Source: Raillietiella orientalis
Lineage: Eukaryota
DNA: 64,000 nt
Assembly: GCA_036172245.1 (NCBI GenBank)
Contig: JAYWIR010000009.1
Span: forward strand, 4,526,001-4,590,000
Direction of reading: 5' to 3'
Positions 1 to 11,260 of the stretch are shown piece after piece. Numbering within the stretch: position 1 is the first letter of the stretch; each line of letters opens with the position of its first letter. The notes below the pieces were generated by a model. The model was not told the DNA's origin and did not search any database. It saw nothing but the letters and a program-made list of their open reading frames with translations. The position numbers were made by a program, and so were the translations under genes.

Positions 1-1153
1 AATTCGTCCAATTACCAAAGGATGACCAGGAGGTATTTCAAAAATATGTTTCAGAAAAAAAGTATTGAGTTCAGATAATTGCCAAAAGATAACTAGTTGG
101 CAAATGGCTAGAAACCTCATGTAGGAACACTTGGGATCTAGCCATCGTACATGAGTCCAGCTTTCTGGTGTAAATTGCAATGCAGCTCGTTTTAGTTTCC
201 CTGTTGTGGAGTGGATGTTTCTGTGAATAGGTTAACATGCTAACTGTCATCATAACTTACTTGATGCTCTCCCACTTATATTTACGCATTTCAAGTTTCT
301 TACATATTTGCATACCCATCCAAATTCCCAAACCATTGCAGACAAGTACATCCAGCATAATTGTGTCCCACCAACATTCTACAAAATTTGGCAAAAGATG
401 GGAAAAGACTATCTGATAAAATTCAGATGAAGTTCTGTGGTTAGTGTCTGATTTTTTTGAATACTTCAGTAATCTCCCACATGACACTTGATATCCACAA
501 GATACCATAATGCCGAACAAGCACTGCTTTCATAACCCAACCAAAAAAATGACCACATGCAAACACATCCATGTGATTCCATATTCTCTCTAAAGTGACA
601 TCTGAACAGTTGACTCCATACTTCTTCATGATTGCCCTATCAGTCAGTACATTAAAGCTGCTTTTGACTTACAGTTTCCATATCAATGTGAAACGTTTGT
701 AAATTAGGGAAAAACCAAACAAGAATTCCTCTTATAGTTTTGTAATCTTGAAATAACATAAATAGAAGCAACAACAGGTACAGGACGCTCAAGCCAAAGA
801 CCATTCTCCAAACTGCAGGATGTGGACGGGTAAATGGTCCATTTGGGAAAGCTAATACTGATATGATCAGAAAAAAAAATACTACACACACTAGTCCAGC
901 AAGAACATTATCTTGCTGGCTCACTTTATCATCCCTGAAACCACAAGATGCTCTGGATTTTAGTGAAGATTGTTTAAAATCTTTACCTTGTAAATGCAAA
1001 ATATATCAAGGATGCTATTGAGGCAGTCAGCAAAGATATTGTGTGTGGTTTATAAAAAAACTCAAGGGATATATCGTCGACCGGTCTTTCATTAATATTA
1101 TTAAAATGATCAGATACATCCGAACTTGATGATATAGTTCTGTGCTTCTTCAT
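1..1153 (-). CDS. PTDSS1: Phosphatidylserine synthase (PSS1-like), 5' part; the gene runs off the left edge of the window
   Basis: Hand-spliced exons 1153-987, 934-673, 623-465, 412-261, 220-<1. Translation: [42 protein letters not shown]...[15 protein letters not shown]...YGVNCSD...[10 protein letters not shown]...[22 protein letters not shown]...[12 protein letters not shown]...ELNTFFLKH. These are hallmark PTDSS motifs; the [11 protein letters not shown] form is arthropod-like. Introns are GT-AG, 40-52 nt. Confidence 0.96.
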
Positions 1154-3090
1154 GTTCACTTTTAAATAAACGAGAACAAAATTTGATCAATAAATATACA
1201 TGCACATGAAACAGTCGGATATAAAACATGGAAGATTCCCAAAAGCTGACTGCATACCAACATACATGCGTTTCATTCCATCTTATCAGGCATCAAGGCA
1301 AATCTCTGTTGATGCTAGTTTTATGATCAATGGAGATCTCAGAATTTATTCAGAAATTAATTTTTAGGAAGCATGAAATAAACATAACACTCGACTACTT
1401 GCTGCAGATGGAAAAGAATGCAAAATGCTCAACTTAAATGCACATTAGTTCTTATATTTCTCAAGAAAATACAGCCAGCACATCCAACCATTTTAGTTGT
1501 TTATGTAGAGCTGAAGTTCCATAAAACTGTTAAAAGCATCATTGTGAAGGCTATGAGTTTTAAAACGACACTCCAAATCAACTGAAATACATCAAAATCG
1601 AATTAAATAACCACAAACTGACGAACGCATTTCCACAATGGTCACTTCATCAAGTCAACCTGCAAGGAAACTGGAGAAAAACCATTCAAGGGAAACGGTT
1701 GTCAACGACAGACTTATTACGAATACAAGGAGCTGTGCACTTTGCAGAACCTGCATGTTTTTTGTGGCATTTATATCAACATCTACACATTTTCACAGTG
1801 TGAAGACTATTTGCAAGCTACTGTGCCCAGCCCACAAGTGCAAACCCCAGCATGCATACAAAGTAGCTTTCTCCAAGTTTGCTTTTTCGGGCAGAGCAAA
1901 CCGGAGATTCGGAAAAGAGAGCTGAACTGAAGACCTACTGTTGACTCCAAACTGATTGCTAAAATTATTCCGAAAAGTTTGAGGTAAATCTCTTGCGTAC
2001 GCTCCAAAAGTTGACGTGGGTATTTCAGTTTGGGTCGACTCAAAGGGTTGAGAATAAACGTTGATCCCAAACTGGTTTCTGCTCGTTCAGGATAATGGAT
2101 TATGCTTTCCGAGTCCAAAACATTCCTTTTAAATATCGCTATGCCGTTGCTCCATCTGGATGTGCTACTCAAATAGTTTAAGGAACGGCAATCCCCCCCT
2201 TTTGATTTCAGTCGCAAACTGAAAGCCCTCGTGCACATCTGAAGTGTGCTTCCTGTCCATTTCCGGTTCCTCACAAAGGAAAAGGCCTTGCAGATACTTC
2301 CGTGGCTCCCCCCCCCTCCCCGCCCCTTTTTCTTGCTTCCAGTTGCCTCATTGCAAGCTCTCTTTCGGGGTGCACCACGGTCTGCCCGCGCCCGTCCTGC
2401 AACTCTGACGTTGGTGTTCTCCAAAAAGGCACCACGAATGCTGTCCTTTGACTTACACCATCACCGAATGCAACAGCACATAAGTTTCCCGCACTGCAGT
2501 CATGAACTTTGTTTTTTTTTTTAAACCTTTCCCACTTTAAATTCCGATTCCAAAAAATGCGTGTCGTGTGTCGACCTTCTCGAACGAAACCAAAAGTACT
2601 TCGAGTGTCTCGGAATTCGAATTTTCAAGAGCATTGTATGTAATTGTGCAGCGGTAACATTGGAACAGTACTGTCTGTTTCTAAGCATTTGCAGATGAAA
2701 TACACGGCTCTGTCAATGGCATGCAAGCTTTCCGTCTGTAATCGGTAGGAAATGTCGAAATGTATTAATTAGTAAAAAAAAAATAACGGTGAAATATTAA
2801 CGACAAACATCCTTTTTGACCTTCAACAGTTCACATTTTAATGGTCAATTGTATTCCAAAATCACCCAGAGAGCATTACTGTTTTCTGCTCAAATTCGTC
2901 AATAACGTCCGGTGAATCTTTTCGAGTCACTTCCGCCACAGATCTTTTCGTGGTTTCACCACCATCCTCATATGCCGTACGACTGCAGATCTCCATCTTC
3001 AATGAGAACGACATTTCGAATTTTCCATACCGTCCCATCTCACGAGGAGGAATCTCAAGTAAAAGGCTTTGCACATCAAAAAGGCCCCCT

Positions 3091-3113
3091 TTATTATTAT
3101 TATTATTATTATT
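3091..3113. repeat. (TAT)n microsatellite
   Basis: ttattattattattattattatt read directly. Confidence 0.9.
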
Positions 3114-6010
3114 GTGCAGCTGCTCTCAAGAGAATGTTTGAAGCATCCCCTATTTTGAGCATTCCGCTGCAAGCATATAGACTAACCCCAAACTCATTCC
3201 TCTCCTTTATCATCTTTTCATTATCTTCCTTGAGGTGCATTAAAGTGGGAGTTTTGATTTTCACTTGCATTTCCAAAGGAACTGATCAAGTCATAGTGAC
3301 TCATACTTTCTAGAGATGGTATGTAAGTATTTTAAATTTATTTTCAATTCCCCTCTTGATTGAACTTCATTATATGACCAAATTTTCAAAAACCTTTCCG
3401 TGTCTTTAATACCTCTATCGAGCGAGAGAGAGGGGGGGGGAAGAGGTGGTCGTAATTAATCAGCTTACTTTTAGAAAGTTAATAGAACTAATTATAAAAT
3501 CACTGAACGTTGAAGCAAAACCAGGATGGTTGAGAAACAGCATTCTACACACTGAATTACTTCACGATCTTCGCGTAAACTTAGTCTACACATAAATACT
3601 CGCAACACAGAAAGTGTACGTACAACCCAGAGTGGCCAGAGATGTTCATCCTTCTTCATGGAGCCGTTCCCGATCGCAATCCCCTGTCGATTTAGCCCCT
3701 ACTACCAATATTTTCATTTCACAGTTGCAATCAGCAGCTTTACGTTCAAAAATTGGAATCTACCGTTAGTAATTCTACGAGCTACAGAAAAATGTGTCAA
3801 CATGGAATTGCTTATTATAATTGTTTGTTATAATGCTACACGAACATGCATTTTCATGATATTCATTTAGCATGTTTTCACCATTTAATTTTGGCGGAAT
3901 GTTGAATGGAGTGCGAGAAACTCTGTCGGAATCTGGATTGGCTTGTCTATAGATTTTGCAGTTTCCGTCTCCCTATCCAAAAATCCTTTTGAATTTGAGC
4001 GGCATTTTAAATTTAAAAAAGGAAGTGGAATACATCCTTCTATAGCCCGTTAGTGATTATTTGGATTTCCTTTTCTTTTCCGAGAAGTAAGCACTCGGGA
4101 TCTTGAAGAATTGTGAATCAGAAACGATTTAATTCAACTAAGAGCTGATAAATATCAGTTTTGTGAAGATCATTGGAAAGAGCTCTAGGATAGCTCAATC
4201 TTTCCAAAAGTCGGTGCCAGTCCTGTTTTAGAGCATGCTGAGCATTTTCGTAAATTACTATGAGTTAGTATGACTGAAGTCTCAGCTATTCAATTATTTT
4301 CCACTAATTACCACTTTATAGATACTATTCGTTTACGAAATTGATCAAAGAAGCTTGCACTTCTTATCAAATCGCTAATGTACTGTGTTTGATGTAGAGA
4401 AGTATTGTCTTCATTAAGAATTCCAGATTTCATTTTTATTTGGAAAAGGAGATATCCAGACACAAGCGAAAATGCACAAGCAAAAATCATGGTGGGTGCA
4501 CGGATCCTGCTGTTTATGCGAATTATGTTGTTTAAAAGAGTAACGCTTTCTTTTGTATCTGGATGAACACTGATAGATATGAAGCACAAGCATGGTGTTA
4601 ATAATCGTGTTGATGATCTTTGGCGGGCAGCATTCCTTTTGATGTTTAATGAGACTTTAGCCGATGTGGACTTTGGCGGATACAACACTTAGGTGTAGCT
4701 AAAGTGGTTTGGAAGTCAGCATGCTGCTTGTCCGCTTCCTTGAGCTGCTAAAATAATGTGTTATTGAAGTGGTGCTGGTCACCGTACGATCACCCGCGAG
4801 TTGGTACTGAGAACTTCGTGAAATTTCAACTTGGGTCACCTGCATGAGTATCGGTTCCTCCCCCCATTCATTGAAAAGTCTTAAATAAGAGTCGCAATCT
4901 GCAAAATGCTAGTCGCAATTTCATACTTCTTTTTTCTTTCCGGAACCAGATGAATCCAATAACCAAGAGTTTTGTGGCTGCAAGGTGATCTTCCCCATCC
5001 CCTTCTTTCAAAGAGCGATCATCCCTTTTTCGGAAACTCTCTCTTCAAATGAATTCCTGGTTTGCAAGGAAATCGAGAAAAGGAACTTCGTTCCATCGAC
5101 ATTGAATTGTACAGTAACGAACGATGTTACTGCGTACAAGATACTCCTGTCACAGAATAGCGTGTGGATTCGTACAGCAATCGCGAGAGCCGGTGGAGCA
5201 ACCGGAAGAGACATTTGAGGAGTGTGGAGGTTACCACATTCAGTCTTCCTGCATGGTCACATTTGAATTCTGTTTTGGTTTTTAGTTGATGCCCCAATTT
5301 TTCTCAACGGCTAACCAATGCAGCTTTATACATGTATTTGTGGTTTCAAATTTTATACTGGTACTTTGGATTTGAGGATGTTTTTTTTTGTCTCTCTGTG
5401 ATTTGAATTTGCATATGGGTGTATTGCTCGTGTTGCCCAGTATGGGATTTTTCAACTCACTTGTAGCCGAAGATGCAGGCTATTCTTACCCATAATATCA
5501 GGAGTATTGCAAGATTTCATGAACCTTCCAAACTTGTGTTTTCAGAGGTACCTTAGTAGTTCTTGAAAGTACCGGGATGGGGTGAAGTAGAGTGGCAGGT
5601 GGGGATTGACCATCCGAGTGTTTGTTGATAAAAAGATGCGTGCATAAATTACTTTCGAATGATCGAAATTACGTGCAAGGAATGTGTTGCCCCTCAAGAG
5701 TGCAATGTGTTTAAAAATCCTGGCAAACTGAGTGTGTCAAACATGAGCTGTGGCGCTTTTGTTTTGGTTGAAATTGTTGTGAGGAGCGTACGGTGGCAGA
5801 ATCAAATCACATTCTGCTCAATTGGCAAATGATGCCGATATCGAGATGTTTTAATATTTTACGTAACGTCTCATTCTGTTAATATAGTTTTTACTGCAGT
5901 TTTACTGTACTCATTTTTTGTGTGGTGCTTGATTTTCCGTCTTCGGAATTTTGAAAGAAACTGGAAGACCCCAGTTTTGCTTGATTCCTCGTTTCTGTAT
6001 ATATATCAAG

Positions 6011-7183
6011 ATGAAAATAAAAGTTACAAATGCGAAGAATCAGTCAGCAGTTTCTCATAAACTTATGCTAATTACCGGATGCATATATGATGATGAAGGA
6101 TTTCTTGCAAGTGTTTCTACCATTCGTGTATTTTCAAAGGCTGTTGCTCATGCAACCATGTGGCCCATACAGCATGGCCAATTTAAGTGTATTATTCCTT
6201 TAGAACCCGGTAAAAATCTGATTGTTTTAACTTGTGAAGATGTCATCAAAGAACTCGAAGTGCACTATGCCCCCGGAAGTAGTCGATTTCAAATTGTTCC
6301 CGTGTATTTTGTACCTGATAAAGCTTCTGGACGTTTTCAGTCTCCACCAGATATTCCAAATTCAATTACCGATGGATGTGAACGAATTATTATTGGTTTG
6401 CAGTTATGCCAGACTTTTTTTGCAGAAACTTTATCACTGTTTGGATTGCCCAGAAAAACATTTACCCTCTCTGATGACTGCTTCGTTTTGCACAGTAAAC
6501 TCAATGAACAACAGGTCTTTTCTATGACTGAGAAAGAACTTTGGGTACACATTGGTAAAGAAATACTGCATATATATCCAGAAATAAAGGTAAAAATTAT
6601 TGTCTCATGTGCTTTGCATTTTATTTTATAGTACTGTATCAAATGTATTGTTTTTCTATCATCATCGAAATACTATAATCCTGAATTATTGCTTCCAAAA
6701 AACGTTGATGAGGCAGTTGGTTTAGTGAAAGGTTATGCATTTTTGGGGACAGGAAATTTAGCTTTAATTAGTACAAGCAGTTTGTACAGTTGGCCAGCAA
6801 CTTATGATCAGTTACCAGAGATATTTTATAGCAAACGTTCGATTGATAGAAGACTTTATTTGAACTTGAGCTTCGAGTAAGCCATTGAATTTTTATAATA
6901 ATTCGTATGTTTCTGTAGAAACTCTTTCAGTGCATGTTTTTTTTATTCTTTGGGAGCAACAGCTCATGAATTGGGACATATATTAGGGCTGGATCATGCA
7001 TATTCAGGAATAATGAGTGCAGATTTTCCTATAATCAAGCATATGTTTCAAGTTTATGACAATGATATTTCTCCTGAGACATTTGTGGATGCTTCCTCAA
7101 TTAGCAAACTGATGCATAACAAGTTTGTAATTTACTGTTATATAAGTATTTAATTAAATTATAGGTGGTTAACCATTCCTTAA
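6011..7183 (+). CDS. Putative zinc metalloprotease, YIL108W-like (Metallopep family), about 348 aa
   Basis: Exons 6011-6589, 6632-6876, 6919-7122, 7165-7183, separated by three 42-nt GT-AG introns. The spliced ORF is open. It contains FKCIIPLEPGKN, GRFQSPP, QTFFAE..GLPRKTF, ALISTSSLYSWP and the zinc motif LGATAHELGHILGLDH followed by GIM (Met-turn). Confidence 0.85.
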
Positions 7184-7210
7184 AGTATTGTCAGTTACCA
7201 GTGGGGACTT

Positions 7211-8497
7211 TCATTTCATTGGTAATTGGCATTGAATGCATTCTGCCATGTTATCACTGTAACCTTCCACCTGAAGAGTGATGTCAAATAAATCATACTT
7301 AGCACGAAGTAGATGTGTTGTTTCTCTTAGAATGCTTTGTGGATTTGAACTTGCATCTAGGTATGTTCTTATGTTACTCAGTATGGCATTTTAAAATTTA
7401 CCTATAGCCAAATGCGCAGACAAAGCTTTCTTATCCATGCTCAGAGCCCAAATACGCAGATTATGGATTTTGCGAACACCTGCAACATTTAACACTGTTG
7501 TCTGTACTTCTCTAAAATCAATGCCCTTAGGAATACCTGAAAAACATCATTATTTTAAAGTATGACAAAAAAATGGTAAATTTAGGGATGCTACTTGTTT
7601 ACCTTCCATGAGAACTGTCGTTGTATCTCTTAATATTGAACAAGTTGTCACCAAGACAAGAACAGAAAATATGAAGGTACAGATGGGGTCAGCTATTTTC
7701 CATTGAGGCTAAACATAGACTGGTTTAACAGGTGCTGTAATTCAATTCCCTACCTTGAAATAGAGAATTATGGCAGCAATGAAAACACCAATACTTTGTA
7801 AAAAATCTCCAATAACATGAATGAAAGCTGCTCTGACATTAATATTTTTTTTGGAGTGATGGTTGTCAGAGAATGTATCCTCATGGTTATGATTTTCACT
7901 GCTGCTGTGTTCGTGTGGATTTAATATGCTTGCCATACTGTAGACATCAGTATTTAGATTTAGAATTTACTTATAGTCAATAGTAACCTACATAATGTTT
8001 ACAACAATACCAATTCCTGATGTTATTAACATTATACGTGCTTGTATGATGAAGTTTTGATTGAGGATTCTTAAAACAGCCAAGTAAACTAAAACTGCAG
8101 TGACTATCCATATCATCAGTACAGATATCAGCGCACCTATAACTTCTGTACTTGGTTGTCATAGATAGTAACCTTGAAAATGTCCACCATACCTGCTCGA
8201 TACCAACCAAAACTCATTCTCATTGTTGCTGGACGATTGGAAACCCAAATAGCAAACAAAGAAACCATGAAACTTGCGAAATCTGTAAGTAAATGTGCAG
8301 CATCTGTTGCAATTGCTAAACTGTTTGCTAATGTGCCACCTAAATATAAATATTAGATTGTTATTTCTTCCATTCGTTTGTTTCTAATTTACCTATGGCT
8401 TCTCCTATCATAAATATCAGGCACAAAGCACTAGCTATGATTAGCCTTTGTCGTGCTTTTTTATCAATTACTTTTACATCTTCATTATGGCAATGAT
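7211..8497 (-). CDS. SLC30A2: Cation diffusion facilitator zinc transporter (ZnT2/SLC30A2-like); start codon and first exon not resolved
   Basis: Exons 8497-8393, 8339-8193, 8145-7992, 7937-7754, 7688-7603, 7536-7402, 7356-7211. Motifs: [39 protein letters not shown], His-rich loop [13 protein letters not shown]...[40 protein letters not shown] and C-terminal TLQVE..CIQCQ. Confidence 0.93.
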
Positions 8498-8849
8498 CTA
8501 GAAAATTGGCTTGAAAAGATTAATTTTTTTTACTACAGTTTGTGTTCCCATCCAAGAAGAAATAAAATGTTTTTTCACTTTATGTTTATTTATTCATGTA
8601 CATCACCCTTCTCCCATTACAGTTTGTGACTTATCTTATTTCCCATGCATTTTGTTACTAGTAATGATAATTTCTAATTCAAAAAAAAACTACAAAAATA
8701 ACACGAATTCAAAACATACTGCTATTAAGTGCTCCCCATGATATGCATGAACATGAAAAATATCACAAATAGTTTATGTCTGATCCATTTAAGATCATGC
8801 CATTTATTTTTATAAATTATTTTGATACATGCAAGTACTCGGAAATTTG

Positions 8850-9545
8850 TGCTAGTGTGGAATTGCATTTCAGCATTTTATGAATGGCATTATTCCATCC
8901 TTCATCCAGATTTTTCATAAGTATTCCATTGGAAAGCAAAGACACGAGTGAATGCAGGAGCATCATACATTCACTGCTTGTGTTCTTGCACTTGTCTTTT
9001 ACTCTTGAAGGTGACCTTGTTGCATTACATGATGTGCAAGACAATATTCTAAAACAATTTTGTGCATTTCCAGTCTTACAGTTGACCCTTGCTGAATATT
9101 TCTCAGAAAACTAGTTGCAGCTCTATCTTTTCTTAGCCCATCCATGTGATAGGAATTCCAAAATCGATCAAGGAACTTCACAGGAGGTTTCCATTTTCTA
9201 AGAATGCAGAATGAAACACCATGGTTCAGCAGAGGTCCAAACTCCTGCTGCTCCTTAGAAAAGATAACGTATTGCGTTTGTTGCATTTGCACTGCCATTA
9301 CTTGTCAATCCAAAGCCACAACTTTGGTTTCCATGAGAAAAGCGTTTTTTCTAATTTTTTTTTTTTTTCAAAAAAAAGAAAAACTTTTCTTTCGTTGCAG
9401 AGCTGCAACGATTTTATGGTGCAGTCCACATCACAGTAGTCGCAGAGGTTGTTTGTGCAACCATCTCTTAGCTGCGTTTCTTTAGTGCCACGGGCCAGAA
9501 GCTGAAATCGGGCGTCATTAACCTCTGCTAACCCGTCGATCAAAA
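8850..9545 (-). mobile_element. Possible degenerate Mutator-like (MULE) transposase fragments
   Basis: Minus-strand peptides ARFQ...DGCTNNLCD, VKFLDRFWNSY and EGWNNAIHKML resemble the MULE C-terminal RTNNxxEGWNN region. They are frameshifted and recognised by eye only. Confidence 0.35.
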
Positions 9546-9759
9546 AAAAATCCGAGTTTCCCTCTCATGGAAGCTTTTTCGTTTTTCTCTCTCTTTTTTT
9601 TTTTTTAAAAAAAAAAGAAAAGAAAAAAAAAACGTCTTCCATAACAATTGTTCTCTGATGGAACTTTGATTTTTTTTCCACGGGGACAACAGGCCTCCCC
9701 AACCGGCGAGGGCGCCTTCCGGGAACTCTTTCCCAAGGAGAACTGCTCCCTGGGATTCG

Positions 9760-11260
9760 GGGAAGTTTCCCTATCCGTTTCCAGCCGTCTGTTCGACCGC
9801 GTTCCCGTTTTCGCCTCGGTTCCCACTGAGGGAGAGTGCAACAGCATCTTCCCTCTACGCAGGCACTTTTTTCAATACGGACGCTGCTCAATGTTGAGAC
9901 CTTGCCTGGCCCGTTGCATGTGAAGGGTTTTCCTCCTTTGAAGCAATCCGTAATCACTTGGGAGCACCGTTTACGATAGAGCTTCTTCCGTTTCTTTGCC
10001 TTAAGGGCTTGTGAAGTTTCGTCTAAGGTTTTTAAACGACAGTTTTCATGCGAAGCGTGACGAAGAAGCATGGCTAAGCATCGTAGCTGACGAAAAACTT
10101 AGCTACTGTGATTTTTGCTTTGTGTGTGAATGTGTCGACGTCCAGAAAGTTTCCTTACTTCTGCATCCTCGAGAGGTTTTCATTTTCCGGGTTTGTTTCC
10201 CGTCATGATTGTCACGTTCGTTCTCCAGACGACGGTGTGCTTCGACTTTTCCAAGGTGAAAGTCCTCTTGAAAATGGAGTGGTTTGCACAGCAGAGGGAT
10301 TCCGTCTCCCAACATTCCTCCACAACTTTCCACAACTAGAAATCTTGCTTCTTGTGGTTCGTGTCACAGTCTCCTGAAGCAGCTTCTCTGCCTGGTCACG
10401 TACCTGTTCCGCGTGGTCAGTTCAACGAATGTGGACCATTCTTGGACACAAAAGCAGTGCATGATTTATTCATCCTCGTTCGAGATGGAAGACTTACCGG
10501 AATTCTTTCGTTTTCACCAGTAAATATTACCTTCGTTTATGCATTGCAAACCAGTTACCATCACAATGGCTTTTTTTAAAAAAAAAAAAAAAAATCGGGA
10601 CTCGATTTCTCTCTAATTCTTTTGCTCATTTATGAATGCGCTTCACGCTCTTATTATTGATCCTATTCGTCCACTTTTCTACTCATTTGTTTTTCACATC
10701 GTGGGCATCAGCTCAGCTTCGACCCACTTCCACCATCCCACTCATCTTCTTGCCTAATGACTTCAGCTTAGTTTTTCAGGTTAAACTTCCTTTAGGATTC
10801 GTAACGGCTTTCTGGCATCCGAGTTTTCTAAGATCCATTCAAGATTTGCAGTTCGAAAGTTGAAGTTGGGATCTTGTTGGTCGTTGCTGACTCGTGGAAC
10901 CAACTTCCAGACTCTCCGTTTTGTCGTACCATCGTCGACTGGGCCACCTTCAGCCACTGCCTTTCGCAAAAAAGAAAAAGTGCGCTTCCCGCTTTTTGAG
11001 GATGCTGCTTTTCGAAAAAAAAAAAAAAAATTCCCTTACTCTCCGACAGTACTGGATGATGGTGGATTTGTAATTCAATACGTAATGAACCAATTACTCT
11101 TGTAGCAACTGCAGTGGTTGTTTTCCCTCCTGCAAAGCCATGCCACTTATCCGTGGCCAGCGAGTCTGTAAAGTGTTGGTCTGCTTTTCTTCCTCGGGAA
11201 CTGTGAATGTTTTCGATTTCAGGATGCATGGATCTTCGTGTTTTTCCCCCATCTTTCGGG
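9760..11260 (-). mobile_element. Highly decayed RTE-like LINE ORF2 remnant
   Basis: Colinear minus-strand fragments: ILKSKTFTVPEEEK (about 11200, resembling KSIFI.IPKK), FHLERG...LLCP (about 10470, resembling RGVRQGC.LSP) and QWEPRRKRERGRTDGWKR (about 9780-9830, resembling the RTE C-terminal W.P.GKR.RGRP..W). Confidence 0.4.

Noticed and set aside
1807..2424. 205-aa minus-strand ORF
   Set aside because: No recognisable domain, non-ATG start, and it runs through low-complexity tracts; likely a chance ORF.
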